Origin: Phoronis australis
Lineage: Eukaryota > Animalia > Phoronida
Direction: 5' to 3'
Assembly (NCBI GenBank): GCA_002633005.1
Contig: NMRA01000068.1
Coordinates: 885,092-949,091 of the forward strand
Length of the DNA: 64,000 nt
The translations under genes were made by a program, and so were the position numbers. Numbering within the stretch: position 1 is the stretch's first letter; each line of letters opens with the position of its first letter. A model generated the notes under the pieces. The model was not told the origin of the DNA and searched no databases. It worked only from the letters and a program-made list of their open reading frames with translations. Positions 26,888 through 40,077 of this stretch are shown one piece after another.

Positions 26888-29800
26888 ACAGGGAAGGAAC
26901 AATCATCCATTTCTCGTTTGACTTTTCCATACAACGTTAGGTCAGAATGCTATTCTCTTTATTGTGGATCTGAAAGAAATAGGGAAACTCGATGGGTACC
27001 GGCAGTGGTGATCAAAGTTTTTGGACCCCGTTCTGTAAATGTTCGTGTTTGTCCTCATGGACCAGTTTGACGGCGTCACATAGATCAGTTACGTCCGCAT
27101 TATGCCAGTGACGAAGATACCGAACCAGTAAATGAACCTGTCCATACTAATCGAGGTGAAGAATCTGCTAATACCGTGGTAAATATATAATACAAAACCA
27201 TTTTAAAAAAAACTTTCAAGTAGTGCGGATGTTAAAGACGTCAAGCCCAAAAGAAGAAATCCCAGATTTCCAACAGGAGATGAATACGGCCCGACAAACC
27301 CAAGACGAACTGAAAGACTTAAAAAGAAACAGATTTATATTCTTTCGATTGACGAGGAGGTGTTTTAGTGGTAGTGTTTTGTCATGGTTGTTTGTGATGT
27401 CATTCTTTTTGGTTTCCAACAAAGAACTCTTTCTACAACATAACACGTGAACAAAATATTTTACATTTTCTGGCCAAAAACGCATATCTCCATACGACAT
27501 CCATTATCTTGCAAGCGTTGAAGTAAACGTCGCAAATTTTGCAGATATTCTTTAGAATTGCAACCGCTCACTAAAACATCAATATACACCCACGTCATGT
27601 AAATCGCTGGTCAATTTGTCCATAAACTCGTGGAAATAGCCAGTGGCTGAACACATGGCAAATGACAATCTATTTTGTAGAACTCCACGATGCGTGGATA
27701 GTGCCAGACGCCTTAAACTGACTTTCCTGTGTCAAATCTATTTTTGTGAAATAGAGCCGCCACTGAGTTCTCGCATTAGATGTTCAGGGGTAGCGGATGA
27801 CGGTGAATTTCAAGTTGAGGGTTTATTGTTACTGAGTACCGGTAATCTCCACATACTCTTAACTTCCATTTACTTTGTCCAGGAAGCGGTCTTGTTTTAT
27901 TCTAGGTTCCTAGTTTTATTATAGGGACAACAGGTGTTCAGTACTAGTTGAATTGTGTTGGTTCCCAAACTCAATGCCACTTTTAACACCAGCCTCATTC
28001 GCCTGATTCAAGCCATCCAGTAATGCATAAGGTATACTGTGCGAGGGTTTGCAGAGCATTGGTTGACATCGAGCTTGAATTTTATATCTAATTCGAAATC
28101 TTTTAAACAGTCCAGTTCGGGTTTTCATTGCAAATGTTTTTGCATGCTTGCTGAAACTTTACATCACTTTTCCCGTCCTCATAACAAACAACACAAATTC
28201 TGTCCCGTTGGTTGTCATTACGCAACAAGAATCTTACAGAGAGCAATGACATCAATTCTTACCGTAGTTGTCGAACTGCCGTTCGGTCAACATTTAAATC
28301 GTGTTTGCTATCTACCATTTCAATTCTTGCACTATGTTGCAATTAAGTTAGACTGTAATTTTGCATCAGCAACGAAAAGTCCCAAAATTGGTAATGGTTC
28401 TTCATTTGCTGCGTGATGGCGGAGATAGTGCTGCCGCGCGTTCAGTAACGCTAGCCGTGAGGACCTACGCGTGGACCTAGCTAAAATTTAGCCAAAGTCA
28501 TGTGTTTTAATTTGAAATACACGACAATATCTTACGTAATCTCGCGAAGTCCTACTGAACGGAAGGCTGGTTTCCCTAACTTGAACCAAACCTCCTCTGA
28601 AATGAAATTGTCCGATGATCCAACCTGAATTCTCCCGGTCCGAAATATAAGTAACTTTATGATCGACATATGTCCCGGATAATAGATAAATGATACGTGC
28701 GTCGCAAGCTCGTTACCAGAGATGAAAGGAGACTGATGTAGGCGATATAAGGTCACTTTCCAGAGATTATTATTTTATCTTTATGTTATTTGTACACTCA
28801 TATTTCTGTANCACTTTTCCCGTCCTCATAACAAACAACACAAATTCTGTCCCGTTGGTTGTCATTACGCAACAAGAATCTTACAGAGAGCAATGACATC
28901 AATTCTTACCGTAGTTGTCGAACTGCCGTTCGGTCAACATTTAAATCGTGTTTGCTATCTACCATTTCAATTCTTGCACTATGTTGCAATTAAGTTAGAC
29001 TGTAATTTTGCATCAGCAACGAAAAGTCCCAAAATTGGTAATGGTTCTTCATTTGCTGAGTGATGGCGGAGATAGTGCTGCCGCGCGTTCAGTAACGCTA
29101 GCCGTGAGGACCTACGCGTGGACCTAGCTAAAATTTAGCCAAAGTCATGTGTTTTAATTTGAAATACACGACAATATCTCACGTAATCTCGCGAAGTCCT
29201 ACTGAACGGAAGGCTGGTTTCCCTAACTTGAACCAAACCTCCTCCGAGTCTGAAATGAAATTGTCCGATGATCCAACCTGAATTCTTCCGGTCCGAAATA
29301 CAAGTAACTTTTTGTGTAGCTAGGTCTTGCTAAAATACTGCTAAGTGTGGCCTCTTCATTTCTTGTTTTACTTAGACACACTGCCTCTATACATATGACC
29401 TTTCTTGTGACAGAAACGAAATTCAGCCGTTTTAAACAGACTATCAATAGCGAAATATTTTTTTTCCACAGCGGGAATGTGTTTCGGAAAAACCTCTTTT
29501 TAGATGCCGAGAATGCTTTAGAGTATCGTTACCTACTTGATTGTCCTGCATTGGAACGCGGTTGCTTGTTTACCTTAAGCACACCTTCCTCTTTTGGCCC
29601 ACAAACTGTTTCTTTGGTAACTTTAGCCGCATCTTCAATTTCATTTGCTATTTCAATACCTTTTGCACTTGACAATTTATCGAAAATTATCTTAAAAAGA
29701 GTTTTAAGTACATCTTCTTTGTTGATTGAACCAATGCCATGAATCGTGTTCTCGTCGCTTCACTTTCAGGGTTGGTTATGGCTGGAAAGTCGAGGCATCT

Positions 29801-31651
29801 AGCCGAATGCTTGCTGCAAGCTCCAAGATTGTCTCACGTGGCTTTGGTGTCGGGCCAAAATTTGAAGAGTTCCCGGACTGTGAAACTTTTTGGGTCGAAA
29901 CGATTCTCCATAAATTTTGCTATTTCAATTATGGTTAGCTGCATTGCTATCTTTGGATGGCGTTTGTTGTTCTGTCAGCGTACCCAGCAACTTGATGTCG
30001 TCAAAGTTTGGCTTGTTAAAAAGACTTGGGCTAATTTTCGGCTGGTATGGAATTGCCTCCTCCGAAAGTTCTAAAACGAGACCAGTAATCTTTCCATAAC
30101 TCTATGGAAATATCAACGGGCAAAAACTGGAAACAACGTTGGTGTTGAAGCAATTGGTTGTTGCGTGAGATTACTTATAACCATCTCAGCGAACTGCTGG
30201 TTATTTTCCTGCTATTGGTTTATCTCTTGCTGTAACAACGAAATAATTACAGCTAACTCACTCCTCATTGGTTCTGATCCGAATCCTGCCAACTACGCCA
30301 AATGTTGTTTTAAAAGAATGGACGACGATGTTATCAAAGAAAGTGTATATTATGGCTGAACCTAAAAACGACGTCATAAACGATGACATCACGGAAAATA
30401 TAAAACAATACCACAACACTAGGTTAGTTGGTGAGCAGGTTTAAAAATGAGTCGAGGTATAGACGAGCGAGATGTAGGCCTACTCAGTCGTCGCAGACAT
30501 GCCTTCATGAGTTAGCCAGGCCTCAAGTACTCTTCCAGCCTTTGGTTAAAAATTCAGCTAAGAATGGATAACTACAAAACTGAGGGTTAGGTTCAAGTTA
30601 CGGGGTTATGACTCGAAAAAAAGGATGGAGCTTCTTTAATTCAACACTACAAAGGGAAGTTTTCATGGAAGGTTCGTACACATGGGTCCCCTTTTTCTTT
30701 AAGCGTGGGTACCCTGATTTGAGTGTTGTTTAATGCAAAAAGAGAGGAGATTTATGCAGTCATCCAAGAACTATGTGGATCCATGACACCACAGTCTGCT
30801 GAATATTCAGACATCTTAACTGTTTGTTTATTTTTATTAGAAGTGAAAAGGATGTATCAATATATAATTTCTTACAATACAACACAAGTAGACTAAAACA
30901 ATACACAACACCAGCCTCACGGGCTTGTTACAAATTCCAAACGTTTTTAGTGAAGCGCAAGATTGCTGAAAGAAAGTTGGGAAAAGTTTCAGATGGGGTA
31001 AAGAACAGGTCTATGAGGAATGATTCACTTACAAACTCTGCTCGTAAAATGACTCTTCAGATATGCAAAGGAAAATATCATCTTCAAAAAAAATTGATAG
31101 CACACTTTGCAAACTTCCATTGAATGAATTTCCCCAGAACCTCCACAAATTATGGTAAAAAATCCTGACCTCACAGCCCTGAGACAGATATCAGTGCTGG
31201 AGGGAGAAATACAAAGTTTATAATCCCCCTTATAAGTTAGTTGTATGTGTAATTCCAAAATACATGAAGCAAAAATCAATGTAAACAGAGAATACCAAAC
31301 TATATGTATTTAATGTGAACCTTGAGCAGCAAACAAGACGAAACTTCAACAACAAAAATTTGTCACTTTTTCAGTCGTCACATGTCTCAACAATTCATTC
31401 ACCATCAGTAGTTACTGAATTTGCAGACATGTGCTTCACCATACACATTTCTTGAAGATTTTAACAATGCAAAATTTGTTGGAAAATTGGACCTGTCAAC
31501 CTTGACAAGATCTCAGGGAAATTTTCTTACAGAAAATTCATATTACCACTCCTGAGTGGGACAACAGTCTTGTAAGCAATGATTGTCTTAAGGCAAACCC
31601 ACTAGGGAGCCTCTCAAATAGTCACTTCAGTATTGTTGAGACACACGACAT

Positions 31652-32239
31652 CTCGCTGGTTCCCTGCGTGCCGCTAGGTGGGGCAGCAGCCACGCCAGCA
31701 CGCAGGTATCACTTAATTTTCCTTGGGAAATTTTTTTACACCGTCGTTTCTGATTGGCTAGTCAAATTCTCAACAGGCAGCGCTTTACGCAAACAAACTG
31801 GCATGACTGATGGACTGAAGTGTAAATGTGGTCTGTTGTACAGACAAATCGGTGATTAAAATTTATGTGGAAATGTGAAGTCTAGAAATTGTGGTTGCGC
31901 CTTTTTGGAATGCATCTTTCTACTGTCGATGACTTTTGCTTACGATAGCATCCTGTATTCATACATTATGAATAACACACCGATTAAATCGGCCAGATAT
32001 GTGTTTATTGTACATGTATGTGCTTCAAGCACGCGGCTATTAAACATCGCTGCAGAAACGAAATAGTTGCTGCGAAGCCACTTGCATGACAAGGCTAAAA
32101 ATCGTTCACAGTCCGCCATTTTTCACGGTGTTGTGAAGCTAACCAATGACTACCGAGGTTACATCAACCAATGCTAAAGCGCGTGCCACTGTGTGATACC
32201 TGCGTGCTGGCTGGGCTAAGCACGCAGGGAACCTGCGAG
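31652..32239. mobile_element. MITE with 10-bp TSD (Mutator-like)
   Basis: TIRs CTCGCTGGTTCCCTGCGTGC / GCACGCAGGGAACCTGCGAG plus a subterminal inverted repeat; exact CACACGACAT on both flanks. Confidence 0.8.
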
Positions 32240-33662
32240 CACACGACATGCGAGCAGAAGATACAACTGATAGAACATTTCAATGCCCCTTTTTAGTTTA
32301 CCCAGAGTTAAAAAAAATTGTGACAGTCATAAGTGCAGGTGGGATAAAGAAATAGTGGCATCTATACAAAAAAGAACAAGAGCAAGGCAGAACACTGATA
32401 TGTGCCCACCGTGTGCATCACACATAGTGCCAATACAAGAAAATACTACTATTTAAAACATCCCCAACCACTGGAGCAATGCTAGTAAGCTTACAATAAC
32501 CTCTAGGGAGTGCATAACAAGCCAGCAGTGCTATCAATAGGAATACACTAGCCAAGATAGTCAAATATTAAAACTTGCAATGGGAACACGTCAGTGCTAG
32601 TCATATACATCCAAACACCATCATATGATGTCAGGTTCATAGAAATACACTTGCTAAATTTGACAAAGATCCTGCAGGGACAATCAGTTGCAGATGTGAA
32701 AAAAGCATACTGCTACTAGGAGATACCACAACACGGTTCTTAGAGTGGTTGGGCCAATAGAGAGATGGATAACAAAAAGAAATGATCACTTGGAGGCATA
32801 AACTACAACAAATCCATCTGACAACAAGAAGATCTCATTGTCTTATTAACAGACATGTATTCACCAAAATTCATGAACATCCGCCAAGGAACTCCAAAGA
32901 TACAGAGGAAAATGGAAAAAAAATTGCCACTAGGGTGCACAGTTGCACTCAGATTGTTATAGAGTTACACCTATCAGTTAGAGAATAAAGTACTTCCGTT
33001 CAGACAAGTTGTGTAATTCTTTATTCGTCTCAATTCTGTGATTTATCTGTTGTCCCGAACCATTAACATGGTGTCAGGAGTGCTTAGCGTGAACCCTAGA
33101 TGCTCAGGAACAGAACGGTATAATTGAAACTTGAGAATTTTTCGGGCACAACGATACTTTGTGAGTGTTGTTCGGAATTAATAATGTGTTGTGTTGACAT
33201 GCGCACTGTGGGACTTTTAGAACGTTCGAGAATTCAATTTGTGTGTGCTGATCAGCTGTCAAGATGCCGTCTGTAAAACTCCCAGTTTTAGAATCGAACA
33301 AACGTGAAGACTTCGTATTATGGCGGTCGAGATTTAATGATTATTGTCTTATTCAGGGTTGCAGAGACCCAGATAAACCACTGGATGATCCAGAACATTT
33401 CATTCCGGCAAAACGGTTGCTGGAATTGGCTTCATTTTGATCAGCTTTATCAAATGACATTCTAAATGTTGTTCATTTCACCATTACTCCCCAAGTGGCA
33501 GAGGAGGATGTTAATCATCCGTGGATACGGATGAAAAAACTCAGTGAACATTATGAGAGTGATGACACTATATTTGCACAGAGGTATGATTTTTTTCAAA
33601 TGACCCAAGGCCCTTCTGAGGACATGTCTACGTGGAAGACTAATTGAGTATGGCATAGTCGG

Positions 33663-36152
33663 TGTTGAGACATTTGGACTCTTTAAGTATAACTCGATCA
33701 ATAACTCCTTAAGAGTCGGACTCGATATCTTCAGATTAGAGTTTTGTGTAATTGTTACGGTAATCGCCAGATGGCGTGTTGAAGTTGATGGCTTATAAAG
33801 TTGTTTGTTGGTATTTGACATTGGCTCGGTTATCTTCATCATATCTGTGCAAATATGATGTCATATATGTTGGTAGCTGGTATTACCACATACACCACAT
33901 AATTGGCGACGAGGATCGGATCAAGTCTGGACGCCAGTGTCAACAGGTGAACGTTTATATCACGAATATCAAACATTTTTGTGACCAACCCCAAACCACA
34001 TTCTGTCAGCACCGGTTTCCGCCATTTTTCCTTTGTGTATACAATAGGACAGTTACTGTGTACCAGTCTATGCTATCGGTGACAGTGTTGTTATCATAGC
34101 ATCAGAAAATGGCGTACCATTGAAAAGTGGTTGAGTTTGATAAAGACAGTGGTGACATTACAACTTATATTGAACAGTTGAAATTTTATTTCAACGTGAA
34201 TGACGTCACAGGTGATGCCAAGAAGAGGGCCATTCTCCTGAGTTCCTGTGGTACAGAGACATTTAAAATTTTGACAAACTTAGCGTCACCTGACGCCCTC
34301 ACAGACAAAATATTTGATGCACTGACCAAAGTATTGAAAGATCATTACCACCCGAAGCCGTCATCATGCTCACAACGTTTTGCGTTCAACTCGTGCTCGC
34401 AATCTGCTAACCAGAGCATATCAGACTATGTTGCTGAACTTAAATCGATTGCAAAAGACTGTGATTTTGGAAATCGGCTGGAGAACATGCTCCGTGATCG
34501 TATCGCGGTTGGCGTGCGAGATGCACATGTCAAGAAACGTTTGATGGAACTCAGTCAAAAAGATGACTTTTCGTATGCCACAGCACTTAAAACAGCACAA
34601 TCACTGGAAGCCGCGACCAAGAACATTCAAGAATGTGGTGGTGATACTAAAGCAGCCGTGCATCACGTTAAACATCACTACAAGAAGGACAAGACCAAGA
34701 AAACTCACAACCCACCACCATTCATTTCCAGCCAGAGTAAGAAGCCTCCTGACAAGGGTAACTGTTATCGTTGCCACGGTAACCACAGTCAGCAGGACTG
34801 TCCGTTTCCCAAAGGCCACTTGTCATTGCTGCAAGAAAAGGGGCCACATCATTCGTGCATGCCGGACCAAAGGAAATAAACAAGCTCGCGGTCAGCCACA
34901 GAAAAGTGATCACAAAACTTACCATCTGCAAGAAGAAGGGGCACAAGCTACTGGTGGTACATGTGATGACAGTGCTTCGGTGTACACGTCGTACAAGGTC
35001 AGCGACGGTACATCACACACTCTGCCATTCACAGTGGATGTCAGACTAAATGGTGAGAAAGTTACAATGGAAATTGATACCAGCGCAGTGTTGACTGTGA
35101 TCAGTGAAAACACATTTTAAACTTTATGGCCGAACGATGATGAACTAAAACCAAAACTAGTTACGGTCAGTGACTCTGTCAACCTACACAGGTGAAACTG
35201 TACCTGTGAAAGGTCAGGGTGAGATAACAGTCGCATATGGTGGTAACCGTTATACCCTCCCGCTTCTCGTTGCTATAGGCGACGGCCCAAGTTTGTTTGG
35301 CCGAAATTGGATGAACAAAATAAAACTGAACTGGCGAAACATTCATGATGTTCATGTGGTGAAAACTCTTGGTGTGAAAGATTTACTTCAGAAACACAGC
35401 GCTTTGTTCGCCAATGAACTTGGTTGTATCAAGAATGTCAAAGCGAATCTGCATGTCATACCGGACATTGTACCGCGTTTTCTGAAAGCCAGACCAGTAG
35501 GCCTACCGTACGCAGTACGAGATAAAGTAGCAACAGAGCTGGATCGGCTCGAGAGGGAACGCATTATTGAACGCGTACAACATTCAGAATGGGCAACACC
35601 AATCCTGCCTGTGGTCAAACATGATGGAAAGCAAGTCAGAATTTGTGGAATTTTAGGAGCACGGTAAATGCAATCACGCATATCGACACTTATCCAATCC
35701 CCAAGGTGGAGGATCTGTACTCTCGTTTAGCAGGAGGGAAAGCGTTCACAAAAATAGATCTGAGCAATGCGTACCTGCAAGTTGTACTGGATGAGTCCTC
35801 ACACAAATACACAACCATCAATACACAACAAGGCTTATACCAATACACAAGACTGCCGTTTGAAATTTCATCATCCCCTGGGATTTTTCAGAGTATTGTT
35901 GACAATTTATTGTCAGACATTCCAGGTGTCTGTTGTTATCTGGATGACATTCTAGTGACAGGATCATCTGAGCAGGAACATCTGACAGCCTTAGCTTTGG
36001 TTCTCCGTCTGGAGAAGGCTGGAGTCAAACTTAGGAAGGAAAAGTGTACTTTCCTGGTGCCATCGGTGTCTTACCTGGGACACAAAATCGACTCAACTGG
36101 ACTTCATCCGGTAGAAGACAAGGACAAAGCCATTGTGGAGGCACCTGAGAAC
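33663..36152 (+). mobile_element. Gypsy element B, 5' half (LTR, PBS, gag, protease, RT)
   Basis: LTR-like TG..CA 33663-33899, then PBS TGGCGACGAGGAT. Gag 34127-34879 (LRDRIAVG, CCHC knuckles), protease MEIDTSA, RT 35170-36155 (WATPILPVVK, KIDLSNAYLQ, YLDD). Frameshifted. Confidence 0.85.
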
Positions 36153-39100
36153 TAAATTACTGGCTCAAAAGGACTTGACTTTAGACAAATGCCTAGCCAC
36201 AGCTGCTGCGAAGGAAGCATCCGAGCAGCAAGCGCAGGACATAAGTGGTGCCGCAAAAGTGTTTCATACCCAAGGAAGTCATCGTCCACGACACCCACGT
36301 CTACGTGGACACAACCATTCACTAAACCTGCCGCAGCGTCCGAATCAGAACAGGAACCAAAACCCGCCACGCCGCAACCAGAACCGTCCAAACCATGCAC
36401 CGCCGAATGGTCAGTCCGAGGAATGCTCACGTTGTGGACAATTTGGACACTCTGGCGATGAGTGTGAGTGTTCCAAGAACGTAAAGTGCTTCAAGTGTGG
36501 ACGCATGGGGCACTACTAGATCAAGTGCTTTGGCACAAAGCCAAAACACCAAGGCTCATCAAACCGCAGACACAAACTGATGCACAGGAGGACTCCTCTT
36601 CTGACGAATACACCGATGAAGATGCATATGCCACTGGTGAGGAGGAGACGCTAAACATCACAATAAACGGGGAGCAAACACAAGTTGTTAATGACTCTGG
36701 CGCATCTTGCAACATCATAAACTCAGCAGTTGTGTCGAAACTCGAACAAAGTGGTCTTCAATCGCGATAATGCCGCCGACGTATTTACCCATATGCATCC
36801 CCGCCACTTCATTGTCACCGTCTGTTTGCCGCCGATGTTTCCGTGCGTGACACTGTAGTGCAGTCAGCTGAATTCCTTGTGTTGGAAGGTGATGCCCAAC
36901 CCCTGCTGGGAAGGGTAACAGCCAGAGCACTCGGAGTGCTCAAAACCGAAAATGACTTTGTGAACTCTGAGCAGGATCCGATTGGAAACACTGACAAACC
37001 GACTAGTATCGAAGTGATGCGTGCACACTATCCTGAACTGTGGAAAGGCATAGGATGCCTGAAGGACAAGCAAGTGACAATATACATTCACAAATCCGTA
37101 CCGCCGATAGCTCGTAAACACAGCCGTGTTCCATTTCATAACAGAGACAAAGTTGCAGCAGAACTAGACAAGCTGTTAAGCGTTGACATCATCGAGAGAG
37201 TCAATGGCCCGACTCTGTGGGTTTCTCCCATCGTAATTCCGCCGAAGCCAAAGTACCCAAACGAGATAAGACTGTGCGTAGACATGCGTGATGCCAACAA
37301 GGCAATCCTCCGTACTAGGCATGTGACACCGACCATGGTTGAACTCATAACTGAGCTTAGTGGAGCTACTGTGTTCTCCAAGATCGATCTACGCTCAGGT
37401 TATCACAAGCTCACACTACACCCGTCTTGCTGATACATTACCGCATTCTCGACACATTTGGGGACATTTCAGTAAAAACGTCTCTGTTTCGGAGTGTCAT
37501 CCGCTGCAGAAGTATTCCAGCACACCATCCAATCAGTGATCGCAGGCATTCAGGGTGCGCGAAACATCAGCGATGATATCATTGTATGGAACTGACCAAG
37601 CATCTCATGATCGTGCGCTGGACCAAACATTGGGACGTCTCCGCGACGCTGGTCTTACCGCGCACTCAGACAAGTGTGAATTCAGTGTATCAAAGATCAG
37701 CTTCTTTGGCGTAGTTTTCTCGAAAAATGGCGTTTCGCCTGACCCAGCCAAAGTACAGGCCCTTCGAGACGCAGCAAAACCGGTAAATGCCTCTGAAGTG
37801 CGCTCATTTTTAGGCATGGCACAGTACAGTGCCCGGTTCATACCAAACTTTGCGACAATAACACATCCGCTCCGAGAGTTAACAAAGCAAGCTGTACCGT
37901 GGCAATGGACAGAGGAACATGACGCAGCGTTTCGAGCCGTCCAAGACAGTCTAACTGAGACCGCAACCACAGCATTCTTCGACATCAAGCGAGAATCATG
38001 TATACTAGTCGATGCAAGTCCGTGTGGCATCGCAGCTGTCCTAACGCAAGATGGAAAGCCAATTGCGTTCAGTAGTCGTGCTTTGACCAACGTGGAGACA
38101 AGATACTCTCAGACTGAGCGTGAAGCTCTAGCAGTAGTATGGGCGTACGAACACTTTCACATCTACATCAACGGATCAGCGTCAAGATCATCACCGATCA
38201 TCAACCGCTGACAACCATATGGAAGAAACAGAATCCGCCGGCGTGAATAGGCAGCTGGGCACTCGATTGCAGTCATACAATGTTACGATTGAATACCGAC
38301 CAGGAAAAGACAATCCCACAGACTATATGTCTCATCATCCAGCTAGTAACTCTACTACGTCGAGCTGTGAACAAACAATCGAGGAAGAATATGTGTCATT
38401 CTTAGCCCACAGTGGAATCCAGCATGCGATAACGATGGAGGAGGTCGTTACAGCCACCAAGCTAGACTCGACAATTCAGTTAGTGATGTCCTTAGTCCAC
38501 TCTGGACGATGGCATGAGATCGACGATATCTCAAATCCGAATATTGATCGTGTATCTGTGCTCGCGTTCCGCGCCATGAGAGATGAACTCACTGTATCGG
38601 AGACACAAGGAATCCTGATACGGGGAACCCGTGTGGTAATCCCAGCCGTTCTGCAGAACAGCGCAGTAGAGCTCGCACACGAAGGTCATCAAGGCATCAG
38701 CAAGACCAAAGCACTTATCCGCAGTAAAGTGTGGTTCTCAGGAATTGACAAAGCCGTGGAAGAGGCAGTTGGTCGTTGCTTGCCCTGTCAGGTGAACACT
38801 ACTCGCAAACAGACAGAACTGCTGCCAATGACCCCACTCCCGCGTGGACCATGGGTCAACATTAGTATCGATTTTTGTGGTCCAGTACCAACTGGAGAGT
38901 ACCTGCTTGTAATGACAGATGAGTACTCGCGTTTTCTGGTGGTCGAGACAGTCAGCAGTACATCCGCCAACACAGTCATACCGGCAGTTGATCGTATTTT
39001 CGCTGTGTTTGGTTTGCCGGAAGTTATTAAGTCAGACAATGGACTGCCCTTTTCTGGGCATGTGTGGAAACAGTTTCTGACATCCTGCGGTGTGCGACAT

Positions 39101-40077
39101 AGGAAAATTACTCCGCTATGGCCAAGAGCCAATTCGCAGGTCGAAAATTTCAACAAACCGATACTGAAGACGATTCAGGCCGCGATCGTAGATGGAAAGG
39201 ACTGGAAATCCTCCATATCGTGTTTTCTGCCAACATATCACTCTACTCCACATCGCACCATGAACTATACACCGTTTAGACTTATGTTCCAGCGAGAACC
39301 GCGAACAGAGTTACCGGAACTGGCGCAGTCGTCAAGTGACCCTGAGGAATCCACCATACGTGTCCGGGATGCCGAAGCTAAACAAGCTATGAAGGCGTAT
39401 ACGGACAATCGCAACCACGCAAAATCGACAAACCTTAAAATTGGTGATCGTGTAGTCGTGTGTCAGAGGAAGACAAACAAGTTTTCGACGCCATTTCACT
39501 CAGTGCCGCTAACGGTTGCAGAAAACATTGGGACTATGGTGACTGCCTGTCGAAACAATGGGAGCTGCATTACTCGCAACACGTCGTTTTTCAGGAAAAT
39601 GCCTGATGACATCAGCGTCAAACGTGAGGAAAGGGATGACTCGTCAGACAGCGACGATGATGACCACAACTGTCCTGATGCTCTACCCAACGACACGAAC
39701 ATCCCTGGTGTGAGTGGATGACCAGTGCGTGTGAAACGACGACCAAGGAGATATAGACTCATTTATATTGAATTTCACATGTACATACACGTGTAGTTAA
39801 GCAGACAGTATCGACAGTAGTTTAAGCAGACACTATTGACATTAGTTTAAGCAGACATTATCTTTAAGAGACACTAGTCAACTTAGTAGTCATAGGACAT
39901 TATTCTTACTTTCCGCAGAAAAAGGTGGATGCAGTACCGCTGTTATTGTAGTTCACATATGTACCAATAGATGCCGTTGACCGAGGTTGAAGGTCAAGGA
40001 ATATAAGTATGCAAAATGGCCATCAGTTTATTTGAAGACCCACTCCAATAAATCCCTGCCATCCAGCGTTACAACAC
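36150..40077 (+). mobile_element. Gypsy element C, 3' part (gag end, protease, RT, RNase H, integrase, PPT, LTR)
   Basis: Two zinc knuckles 36420-36515; protease DSGAS; RT 36843-37800 (KIDLRSGY, ISDD); RNase H (DASP, YSQTEREALA); 500-aa integrase ORF 38219-39721 with HHCC and D-D35-E; PPT AGAAAAAGGTGGA; LTR-like TG..CA ~39930-40077. Confidence 0.88.

Larger units (their letters stand above)
24081..27445 (+). mobile_element. Internally deleted Gypsy element nested, in opposite orientation, in the RT of the outer element
   Basis: LTRs 24081-24235 (with internal ~29-bp repeats) and 27361-27445. PBS-like (T)AGGCGACGAGGAT at ~24238 (tRNA-Ser GCT type). PPT GACGAGGAGG before the 3' LTR. Integrase tail RWVPAVVIKVFGPRSVNVRVCPHGPV*RRHIDQLRP at ~26950-27100. 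Removing it restores the host frame KYFVHVLSHEG. Confidence 0.8.
22057..30418 (-). mobile_element. Degenerate Ty3/Gypsy LTR retrotransposon, interrupted by a nested element
   Basis: LTRs 22057-22174 and 30303-30418 (TG..CA, ~117 bp). PBS TGGCGTAGTTGGCAGGATTC (tRNA-Ser) at 30281-30300(-). PPT at ~22175. Flanks CTTGG/CTAGG (5-bp TSD, 1 mismatch). Fragments of gag (~29300-30100), RT (27450-28130, 23764-24080), RNase H (23598-23810 YSQIQREALA..ITDHKPL) and integrase (22521-23324 DNA..F..APYHPATNGAAER). Confidence 0.9.

Noticed and set aside
28165-29310. Near-identical ~500-bp direct duplication (28165-28660 vs 28812-29310) within the Gypsy protease region
   Set aside because: The second copy starts immediately after a single N at 28811; most likely an unmerged contig overlap or haplotype artefact.
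38219-39721. 500-aa integrase ORF as a domesticated host gene
   Set aside because: It lies in normal pol context next to RT and RNase H pieces with stops and frameshifts; no independent promoter or introns are evident.
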